Shown in pieces: positions 1 through 9,353 of a stretch of DNA of 64,000 nucleotides. Source of the DNA: Callorhinchus milii. Its lineage: Eukaryota. Below the pieces are notes generated by a model. That model did not search any database. It was given only the letters and a program-made list of their open reading frames with translations, and had not been told where the DNA came from. Position numbers and translations under genes: made by a program. Within the stretch, counting starts at the first letter, position 1, and every line of letters starts with the position of its first letter. Location: positions 9,920,001-9,984,000 of the forward strand of contig NW_024704751.1 of the NCBI RefSeq assembly GCF_018977255.1, written 5' to 3'.

Positions 1-64
1 CCACTTTCCTCTCTCTATAGATGCTGCCTGACCCGCTGAGCGTTCCCAGCCACTTCTGTTATTT
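1..64 (+). mobile_element. 3' part of the Penelope-type terminal repeat (family of 710-809)
   Basis: CACTTTCCTCTCTCTATAGATGCTGCCTGACCCGCTGAGCGTTCCCAGCCACTTCTGTT matches 748-809. Confidence 0.75.
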
Positions 65-364
65 ATTACAGGTTTTATAGAACTGTCCTGAGCCACATGG
101 ACTCAATGTACTGTTCAAGAGGACCTGATCAATAGTGGCTTAATGAAGTACAAAGCTCTTTTGGAAACAGCTTTATCATGAATATTTATACATCTATTAA
201 ACTCTGCAGGAAATGTTTTGTGATTCCATTGCACAAAATCTCCTCAGGGTTCTGCTTTTAAAGCACTTTATGAATTGAAAGACTTGTAAGCAACTTGATA
301 ACTCAAGGACCTGGTTCAAAGGTAGTAAATAAGATAAAAGTGTGCATCGCAAAAGGTAAATAAA

Positions 365-845
365 TTTATCTGAGGATTGTTGACCAGGCATGGGAAGAAA
401 CTGTTTTTCCTTTTTGAATAGGATCATGGGATCTTTAATGTTCAGATGAAGAGTAGTAGACAGGATCTCAGTTTGCTTAGCCCTCGCTTTGATACAGCTT
501 CTTATCACATCATTGAGATGTCTGTGTCAAAGTGTTCACAGATGCTTCAAAGTGCTTCACACCCTGAAGCTGTTGTTGTTCCCATACACAATGCCTTGGG
601 ACGTCCTCCCAATGTGAAAGGTGCTATACAAATATAATGTTGCTTGTTGTTGTTGTTCCTGTTTAACGTCTCATTTGAAAGATGACGCTTCCGACAATGA
701 AGTGCTCACTAGTTCTGACGAAGAGTCGTGGACCCGAAACGTTGACTCACTTTCCTTTCTCCATAGATGCTGCCTGACCTGCGGAGGGTTCCCGGCCACT
801 TCTGTTTTTGTGCTCACAAGTAACTGAACTGGAGCCATCAACAGC
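365..845 (-). mobile_element. Degenerate Deu-domain SINE interrupted by nested insertions
   Basis: CATGGGATCTTTAATGTTCA...GTTTAACGTCTCATTTGAAAGATGACGCTTCCGACA is the reverse complement of the Deu domain at 13100-13270. It is interrupted by a SINE tail (~488-545), an L2 tail (~590-657) and the hammerhead unit (710-809). Confidence 0.65.
710..809 (+). mobile_element. ~100-bp Penelope-like terminal-repeat unit with a minimal hammerhead ribozyme motif, flanked by an 8-bp TSD
   Basis: AGTT-CTGACGA-A-GAGTCGTGGACCC-GAAA-CGTT-GACT at 711-747; direct repeat GTGCTCAC at 702-709 and 810-817. Confidence 0.75.
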
Positions 846-954
846 CCAAATAGATAATCTTCATCACTAAGGTAGACAGCTTAAAACAACTCTAATGTAC
901 GACGCTTTGGCCAAGGGGATAAGCAAGCTTCTGCTTGAGTGGCTGAATCCATTC

Positions 955-1215
955 ATCATTTTGCAAACCTCTATTAGATTCCCCCTCAACCTTCTCTGTT
1001 TTCACATCTCACTCGATAAACATAACCTGATCCCTGGTGTCATTGAAGTGAATCTCTGCCATACCTCTCCCTGACTCTCATATCCTTTTCATAATGCGGT
1101 GCCAAAACTGGCCATAACCCTCTGACTGCAGTCAATCAAAATCTTGTATAAACTTAACAACACCTCTTTGCATAATTCCATCCTTGCTCTCTTATATTAA
1201 GAACTGTGTTTGCTT
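955..1215 (-). mobile_element. Degenerate CR1 LINE ORF2 fragment
   Basis: ACCTCTATTAGATTCCCCCTCAACCTTCTC is the reverse complement of the CR1 RRLRGDLIEV motif; plus-strand equivalents lie at ~2160 and ~16360. Confidence 0.6.
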
Positions 1216-1251
1216 TGGCTGAAAGGATGCAAGTATAAGCCTTTTTCCTCA

Positions 1252-1603
1252 ATGCCTCTGTTTATTTAGCAGTAAGTAGGAACCTGTTTGTTAGTTGATT
1301 GGCGGATCGCTTTTCCAGGAGTAATAATCCCTTCATAAAAAATAAAAATAATAATGACTGTTATTCATAATAATCCACGACTGTTTGTGGGACATTGCTG
1401 TGCACAATTGGCTGCCGCGTTCGCCCACAAATATACAGTCAATTCACTTTACAGTGTATTCTGTGAAGCGCTTTGGGACGTCCTCCCGACGTGAAAAGCG
1501 CTATATCAAATGCAAGGATTATTATTATTATCCTGTGAAGCGCTTTGAGACGTCTCGAAGACGTGATAAGGCGCTGTAACAAATGCCAGGATTATTATTA
1601 TTA
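1252..1603 (+). mobile_element. 5'-truncated tRNA-derived SINE with two tandem 3' tails
   Basis: Body CAGTAAGTAGGAACC...TGTTTGTGGGACATTGCTGTGCACAATTGGCTGCCGCG; two stem-loop tails, each ending in (ATT)n. Confidence 0.9.
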
Positions 1604-2109
1604 ATATCACTCACCGGCTGTCGCTACAGCAGGGCCAGCATGAATAGATTCGTCATTTGAAGAGTCAATGAATAAACGGATAAGGATATGTCTCCCTTTT
1701 CCTCTCTGGAAACTGATCAAGAGCAGATGTCATTGCCCTAATCAGATTCTGACCGAGTACTGCTAGATTATTGCACTGTTTTTTTGTTTAATCTCTGGAT
1801 AAACCAAGCATTAACTAGGTCACTTGTTACATATGAATTTGAGGCTTTGCCACTATTAACATATGATTGTGTATTGTGTTCAACTGGTGTCACATTACAT
1901 TTCAACTAAAATTGAGGTGGGAAAGGTTAGATTTTAAAATGAATTCTAGAGATTCAGTGGAAGATCCGAAAATGTTATTAGACCTCAGTTGGAGCGGTAA
2001 GTCCAGTTTTGGGCACTCCATTATAGAAAGGACATGGGGAAGGAGCAGCAGAGATAAATAATAATAATGTTTTCATTTGATAAAGTGCCTTTCATGTTAG
2101 GAGGACGTC

Positions 2110-2340
2110 TCATGAGAGGTTATAGATCTGAAAAAATATTACTGTTTTTACTAGGGCAGGCGAGATTAAGGGGAAATTTAATAGAGGTTTGAAAATGGTT
2201 CTGATAGGGTAACCAGAGGAAGATTATTTGCACAGATTGCCGGCTCAGTAATGATCCGATCAATCGTGGAAAATTAACATTAAGGTCAAATGGTCTTCTA
2301 GCCAAAGACTGGCAGAATTTCGGGCCTTGGTCTTTTATTG
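2110..2340 (+). mobile_element. Degenerate CR1 LINE 3' fragment
   Basis: GAGATTAAGGGGAAATTTAATAGAGGTTT (RLRGNLIEV-like) followed by decayed 3' sequence. Confidence 0.5.
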
Positions 2341-2887
2341 AAGTATCTGTTCTATCTCACAAATAGCTGCGGAGTACTTTGCAAACGTGTGGTGCAATAC
2401 ATTGCAACAGCATCATGTCTTTTGAACAGCCCAACCGTGTTAGAGAAAGGTTGAGATGCATTGTACCTGAGATCATGACGACGCAACAAATCTGCAAAGG
2501 CTTGTTCTCCGCAACAGCTACGAGCCCCCTTTAAGGAGAAAGCTTTGCCATATATCAGCTGCAAGCCTGCAGGTGTGTGGGTGATTTTGTCAGGGGCTGG
2601 AGTTCGTTGCGGAGGGAGATTTAGTGGCGTTGGGGACCTGGTGCATCCATCAGGAAGAGGAGACCGTGTTCTCCGGGCTCCAAGCATCCATCAGGGAAGG
2701 CAGTTAGCAGCATCTGGGCTGGGAGCATTCATCAAAGGAATCCACCAGCACAACACACCGAGACCTGGCAACATCCCTCGGGCCAACAGCCAGCGTCATA
2801 AAGGGCAAGAGGATCAATCAAGGGGATTCCAGCCCAGCAACAACAGGGCCAGAGCCAGGGCCAGGGCCAGCTGACAAAAGGCAACAT

Positions 2888-3122
2888 ACTGCAGGTGCTG
2901 GAAATCTTAAATCAAAACAGAACTGAGAACACTCAGCAAGTCGGGCAGCGGATATGGAGAGAGGAAAGTGACCTTTCATCAGAACTGGGGGATGTTGGAA
3001 GAGAGCAGTTTATAAGAACAAGCAGAAAAGGGGGTGGGGAAAGAAAAAGGAGGTCAGAGGTTTCTCCATAGATGCTACCTGACCTGCTGAGTGTTCCCAG
3101 TCACTTCTGTTTTTATTCCAGG
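2888..3122. mobile_element. Inverted pair of Penelope-type terminal repeats
   Basis: Minus copy ~2888-2990 with a partly deleted hammerhead core (CTGATGA retained) and plus copy ~3060-3120, both matching 710-809. Confidence 0.7.
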
Positions 3123-3497
3123 AACAGTTGAGCCTGCTGAGATCTCGATCTTCAAAAGCCATCCTGCTATTTGCAATTCGATATGTTGACTGTGAACCAC
3201 AAACAATAAATCACAGTTGGGGCTGCAAGAGATATTTCTGTAGATCACAGTTGCGCTCCAGTGAAATCCTATGGATTTTTTTTACTTACTTAAGAGAGGA
3301 AAAACCCTACCATCAACAAACCTGCAAACGTTCTGTTTGCCAGGCTGAATCCCATGGAATTTGACGGAGATTAAGAGGAGCCCCATGACAATGAGATTAA
3401 TGCAGCTTTGATGTTGTCATTTAAAATGAAGGAAGAAGAAAGAGTTATTATTACAGAACTTGATCAGGTTGAAATGTCTCCAGGCACTTCACAGTAA

Positions 3498-3720
3498 TTG
3501 TTAGCTGATTGGTGGATCGCTTCCCGGGGGTAATGATCCCTTCAAAAATATAAAAATAAAAAAATATTAATTTGGACTCTCAATCCACGGCTCTTTGTGG
3601 GAACGCTGCTGTGCGCAATTGGCTGCTGCGTTTCGCCCACAAAATATACAGTCAATTCCCTTTACAGTATAATCTGTGAAGCGCTTTGAGATATCAAATC
3701 CAAGGATTATTATTCTATTA
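3498..3720 (+). mobile_element. 5'-truncated tRNA-derived SINE
   Basis: Matches the body and tail of the full copies (e.g. 12107-12523). Confidence 0.85.
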
Positions 3721-3854
3721 TTATAATTGTGGGGTGATTGTATTTTGTGGGCACACGTGGTAACTATTTTGCCAAGTTCCATAAATAATCTTGAGGTGAA
3801 TGATGGATTATTCTGCAGGATTAGTGGCCGAGACAGTGGGAGGAACACCCTTTA

Positions 3855-3948
3855 ATATTTTGTGGGTGAAACGCAGCAGCCAATTGCACACAGCAGCGTC
3901 CCACAAACAGTCGTGGACTGCGTGACCAATTTATTACTATTATTATTT
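3855..3948 (-). mobile_element. SINE body fragment
   Basis: TTTTGTGGGTGAAACGCAGCAGCCAATTGCACACAGCAGCGTCCCACAAACAG. Confidence 0.8.
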
Positions 3949-4206
3949 TGGAAAGGAGGATGAAAAAACATCTAAGTGTAGCTTGGGATTTTCAAACTTT
4001 GGTTTTGAACTTCAAATCCGAGTTGTCTCATTGATCTTTATTGAGAACACAGTCAATTCACTGTAGGATTTGGCTTCCATCGATAGCAGACAAATCGGAT
4101 AAAGGTTTTCTCTTTCTGTAAATCCTGTCACCCCCAACACTGACCCTGAGACCAAATATAATCCCAACCGTTACCTTAACTGAGATCAACAACAAATTAA
4201 CTTTCA

Positions 4207-4425
4207 CAAAAACAGAAGTGGCCGGGAACCCTCAGCAGGTCAGGCGGCATCTATGGAGAAAGGAAAGTGAGTCAACATTTCGGGTCCACGACCCTTCGTC
4301 AGAACTGGGGCATATTGGGAGGGAGAGGCTTTTAAGGGCTAACAGAGAGGGGGGGAGGCAGGGCAAGGAAGACAAGGGAGAAATGGGGTAGTCGACATGG
4401 GATGATAGATTAAAGAGGCTTGTTT
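4207..4425 (-). mobile_element. Penelope-type 3' terminal region with a hammerhead motif
   Basis: Reverse complement of 4270-4306 is AGTT-CTGACGA-A-GGGTC-GTG-GACCC-GAAA-TGTT-GACT; the element continues into pyrimidine-rich sequence on the minus strand. Confidence 0.75.
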
Positions 4426-4499
4426 TGTTGCAAGTTCTTCCCCCCCACCGCCCACCCCACCCCACTCCCCCATTTTGTTTTGCATCATTAACACCTCTT

Positions 4500-4635
4500 T
4501 AACCCAGGTCAGGGAGGGTGGGGGTAGGAGGGTGGCTGAAGGTGCTTTGGAAGAGGAAGGTTTTGAGATGGGCCTTGAAGGAAGCAACGGAATAGGTGAG
4601 TCAAAGGGACGGAGACTGTGGGATGGAGTTCCAAT
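4500..4635 (-). mobile_element. L2 LINE 3' fragment
   Basis: Minus strand encodes WNSIPQSPSL...SFKAHLKTFLF, the C-terminus of L2 ORF2; homologous to 29790-30165. Confidence 0.75.
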
Positions 4636-5525
4636 GTATTGTATAATATAATATTATATAAGAGGAATATTGTTTGGAGCCTGGGGCACTGTCTGAGCAT
4701 CAGGTTCATGTGACTTGTACCTCAGGAGATCTTGCAGAGAAAGGTTCCATTGTACATCTACTGCCATCCCTCACATTATTGAGCATCAACATTATTGCAG
4801 GAGAGAGGGATTACTTGGGAAACTGTCTTAAAGAAGGAGCTTTGCCTCCTGAATCAGCAGATCTCTCCATCTGCCCGACACAGGGAAATAATGATGACTC
4901 TAAGTAATGAATAAACGCAGCGATCTTCTCATTCGAGCCTCAGTGAGTGCCTTATAAATCAGGTCATGATTACCATCCTTCATCCAACCATCTTGTCAGC
5001 ATAAACCCATTATGGGAGAAGGTGACTTGATAAATAATGCATGCCTTTATCGCTTCTCAAGGACTATATCATATTATAAATATTTATTCAGATACAGGAG
5101 GAGACACTCTTTCTTGTGAAAAAAAGACAGTCTTAATTAAGATCTATTACAATCCAGCCAGTGTACACTCTACCTGCCGAAATGATTAGATTAATTCGTA
5201 TCTGCTGAAGTCTCAATAACATTTTATTAATATTAGTCAGGCCCCTGCCAATACTTTATAATTTTAATTCACTGCTAAATGGGATTGGCTTTATGTTTTA
5301 ATACAAAATTATGCAAATATTTGGTTATTGTTTTATGTCCTCATATTGACAGCACCATCTGGTAATTGCCCAGATATGAGGCTGCAGGTATTCAAGTCTG
5401 TAAATAGATTTCAGCTCAACCGAACAGTGAGTAGGAACAGCACATCTGACCTCGTGAGCCTGTTTAACTATTTCATTAGAATAGATTGTGCCAGCCCTTT
5501 TTCATTTCACTGACTTTTCACCGTA

Positions 5526-5617
5526 GATCTAAATACATTCAGCCATGATGCTTTAGAATGGCTGAATGTATTTAGATCGAGCGGCTGAATGGCCTCCTCC
5601 TTTTCCTATGTTCCTAA
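5526..5617 (+). repeat. Perfect 21-bp inverted repeat fused to a CR1 3' tail
   Basis: GATCTAAATACATTCAGCCAT (5526-5546), 11-nt loop, ATGGCTGAATGTATTTAGATC (5558-5578), then GGCTGAATGGCCTCCTCCTTTTCCTATGTTCCTA. Confidence 0.85.
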
Positions 5618-6255
5618 TTGCGCCCTTCAATTCCTGCTTGCTACAGATTGTAAAAGGACAGAACTGTAACCTAATGTATATTTACGCAAACCCAAACATC
5701 TTTTAATAAGATCTGCATTGCGGGTTTGGAATGTGCTGCCGCCTCAGTGTTGTAACCCTGCGATGTGAATCTCACACGTTCAAAGCTCCTGTGGTCCTCG
5801 TTCCTCCTGCTGTCCGGCATTATTTGTCCATTTTCTTTTGAGCTTCTCCTTGCAGTTAGCAGGAGGCTAATGGCTTCTGCAAATACATGAAGTACACATT
5901 CTGCCACTCTTCGCAAAATCTGATGTCGCCCAGTTTGATTTTCACTATTTATTTTATGTTTCATATAGCGATAACGCGAGTCTCCGAGCAGATGATTGCT
6001 TCCCTTTGAATCCATCTGTTCATTTCAGTATCTATCGTCCACCCCATCTGTGCCAACTCCTTTTTGCAAAGGGCTGGCAATACATTTGTTCTGCTTTGTT
6101 GTCCTCTATTGGTCTTCTACGCGAATGCTGAATCGTGCTTCATGATCAGCTTTGATCTCATACACAAGCTCTCTCGGAACTCAGTCCCGCAATTTTATGT
6201 GATTTTAATTAAATTATTTTCCAATTCTGCAGCAAACAGAGACAGGTTCCCCGCC

Positions 6256-6607
6256 ATGTGGAGTCCTGTAGCTCAGTGGTTAGAGCACTCGCCTCGCAAG
6301 CAAGAGGACCTGAGTTTGATTCCCGGGCAGGGAGAAACGTGGGTTAAGTTTCCTTACCCCACACGTCTCCGTTTACCCAGCAGTAAGTAGGAACCCGATT
6401 GCAGATCGCTTTTATGGGGGTAATAATCCCTTCAAAAAAGAAGAATATTATTATTATCAATCCACGACTGTTTGGGACGCTGCTGTTTGGCTGCCGCGTT
6501 TCACCCACAAAACACACATTCAATTCACTTTACAGTGATTTCTGTGAAGCGCTTTGAGATGTCTCGAAGACATGATAAGGAGCTGTATGAAATGCAAAGA
6601 TTATTAT
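6256..6607 (+). mobile_element. Full-length tRNA(Ala)-derived SINE
   Basis: Head GTGGAGTCCTGTAGCTCAGTGGTTAGAGCACTCGCCTCGCAAG (box A, CGC anticodon-like loop), degenerate box B, body, L2-like tail. Confidence 0.92.
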
Positions 6608-6959
6608 AGGATTATTCAGTGCTATAGATTACGGTTGGGCTGGTGGGGATTTGGAGCAAGGCTTGAGCTCAGAGACTGGGATCATCGTGTGGAAGCTGAA
6701 CTGAAACTGCTCAGCTCTGTTTAAGGTGCTGCTCACGAAACAGCCTGAATTTTTTAAAAAATCATAATTTTTCTATCTAAAACATTTGGGGATTAGTTTT
6801 GCTCAAACGCCAGTAATGATCCTCAGTGCAGCAAGAATTAAACCCTGCCTGAACTGAAATCTGCTCATGTTCCCAACCTTTCACAGCAAATCCCAGCTGA
6901 AGCCGAAAATTCCACCCAGAAATAGTCAATAAGCCTATTTTGTCCTTACATTTAAGATT

Positions 6960-7185
6960 ACACACCTCTGTTTACTTAGCTGTAAGTAGGAACCAGGTTA
7001 TTAGTCGATTGGCAGATCGCTTTTCCGGGGGTAATAATCCCTTCAAAAAATAATAATTTAATCAGTCAATCCACGACTGTTTGTGAGACGCTGCTGTGCG
7101 CAATTGGCTGCCGCATTTCATCCACAAAATATAGTCAATTAATTTTCCAGTATATTCTGTGAAGCGCTTTGAGACGACTCAGAGT
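6960..7185 (+). mobile_element. 5'-truncated tRNA-derived SINE
   Basis: Body and partial tail match the family. Confidence 0.85.
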
Positions 7186-7527
7186 TGTGGACTAAGGAAT
7201 CTTGCCCAACTTTTTGCCCTGCCCGGGAATCAATTTCACTTGTGAGACGAGTGCTCGAACCACTCAGCAGTATATAGGAACCCGGTTCTTATGTGAGAGA
7301 CACCATATACATGTAAACTGTATTGTGTGTTGTAAGTTTTCTACAGTTCAGATGAATGAATATTTATACAGCACCTTTCACTGCGGGAAGATCCTTCAAA
7401 GCCCTTCATTCATCAAGTCGATCGAAGATGAAAAGGCCTGATCGTGACATCTCCCAACTTACCCTGTCCAGGTATTTGCAGGTGTAACAGACAGCTGCTG
7501 ACATCATGTTAAACATCTAACACTCAA

Positions 7528-7846
7528 ATAATAATAATAATAATCCTTACATTTGATATAGTGCTTTTCACATCTTCTCGACGTCTCAAAGTGCTTCACA
7601 GAATAGACTGTAAAGTGAATTGACCGTATATTTGTGGGTGAAACGCGGCAGCCAATTGCACACAGCGATGTCCCACAAACAGTCGTGGATTGAGAATGAC
7701 CAATTTATTATTGTTTTGTTTGGGAGGGATTATTATAAGGCATGCAGAGTAAGGAAACTTGCCCGAGGTTTCGCCCTCTGCCTGGAATTGAACCCAGGTG
7801 TCTCGCTTGCAAGGCGAGTGCTCTAACCACTGAGCTACAGGACTCT
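7528..7846 (-). mobile_element. Near full-length tRNA-derived SINE
   Basis: (AAT)n tail at 7528; head ...GAGTGCTCTAACCACTGAGCTACAGGACTC at ~7845. Confidence 0.9.
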
Positions 7847-8149
7847 AATGCAAGCCCAGACCTGCTTGGTTCACGAAACACCAGGTGTTAAGTAGTGAAA
7901 AGATGCAACAGACCACCAACGAGAATAAAGGTCCCGGCTTTCCCGGAGTGCAGAGTCAAAGTACAGGAAGCTTCAATCTGCTGCTACTGACAGCTCTGCT
8001 CCTGTGTAATAGCTCTGTACCTAACAACCTCTGGCGGTGGCAGGCTGGGAGGCTGGGAGAGGACCCAGGTGGGGGCGAGTGGGCAAGGGTAATCGACGAC
8101 CATCACCATGGAAAATCATTGGCTAAAGTCAGTCCCAGCATCTTTGTGC

Positions 8150-8460
8150 TGAAGGGGAATAAATCAGCCTGGGAGTGTGCTCGCTCCTCTGTTCTCACTC
8201 CAGTGACTCCTGCAGGAATGTGGACGTGTGCGGACGTCAGATGAGGACAGCTCCGGGCTTGGCACAATGATACGAGGCCCACGGTTGGAGAGCTTGCTGA
8301 CACTCATTACCTCAGCTCACACACACACACACACACACACGTGATGAACAGGCCCCTAGGACAGAGGACTAGAGGTCACTCAGCCCCATGGAACTGGAGC
8401 TCGGTGTGAGTCACTGCCTTCGGGAGAGGAGGAGGAAGAGGAAGAAAACGTGAAGGGGAA
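8150..8460 (+). mobile_element. LF-SINE-like element with an internal (CA)n expansion
   Basis: AAATCAGCCTGGG...CCAGTGACTCCTGCAGGAA...GGACGTCAGATGAGGACAG...CTGACACTCA...GCTCACACA...GCCTTCGGGAGAGGAGG follows, in order, the LF-SINE consensus as I recall it. Confidence 0.65.
8318..8340. repeat. (CA)n microsatellite
   Basis: Direct observation. Confidence 0.95.
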
Positions 8461-8811
8461 AAAAATCCAAGAAAAAGAAAACAAAACACTTTTTAATTAA
8501 CTTATGTTGTAATCACCACAATTATAATAGTCCACTCACTTTACAGTGTATCCTGTGAAGAGCTTTGAGACGTCTCAAAGGTGCTATACCAAATACAAGG
8601 ATTATTATTATATTATTGCAATATGTGGTTTTAAAAACAGATCCAATCAATAAAATACCCTTATAAAATGAGCAACAATGTTTTAGAACCTTACTTATAC
8701 CTGGCAGATTCATGTTACTGTGTGGGCTCAATTCCCAGAATCAACTGCTGTAGGTTTAAGATAACCAAAATACCACATTGGAAAAATAGTTTTTCATTTG
8801 CTTCCCTGAAT

Positions 8812-9160
8812 GTGGGGTCCTGTAGCTCAGTGGTTAGAGCACTCGCCTCACAAGCGAGGGACCTGGGTTCGATTCTTGGGCAGGGCCAAAACATTCGCCG
8901 TGTTCCCTTACTCCACACACACACATACCTCTGGTTACCCAGAAGTAAGTAGGAACCAGGGTTGTAAGTCGATTGGGGTATTCCTTTTTCGGGAGTAATA
9001 ATCCATTACAAATAATAATCATGTGGTCACCAGTCCATGACTGTTTGTGGGACGCTGCTGTGCGCAGCTGATTGTGGCGTTTCGCCCACAAATATACGGT
9101 CAATTCACATTGCAGTATATTCTGTGAATCACTTTGAGACGTCTCGACAACATGATAAGG
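8812..9160 (+). mobile_element. Full-length tRNA-derived SINE
   Basis: Box A TAGCTCAGTGG, box B GGTTCGATTC, body and tail. Confidence 0.92.
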
Positions 9161-9238
9161 TGAAACATTTATAATTACATTAATAATGTGAGGATTATTA
9201 ATTCTGCCCCTAAATGACATTAAAGCTGAGGACCAAAC

Positions 9239-9273
<35 letters not shown>

Positions 9274-9353
9274 AAAAGAATGAAAGGAAGGAAGGAAGGA
9301 AAGTAGAAGACAGAAAGAAAGAAAAAAAGAGTTAGAAAGAAAGAAAGAGAGAA
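9239..9353. repeat. (GAAA)n/(GGAA)n purine-rich microsatellite
   Basis: Direct observation. Confidence 0.95.

Noticed and set aside
6256-6340. tRNA-Ala(CGC)-like sequences (also at 8812, 10406, 12107, 27328, 34291, 60587, 63878)
   Set aside because: Each continues into the same SINE body, has an imperfect acceptor stem and carries private mutations. They are SINE heads, not tRNA genes.
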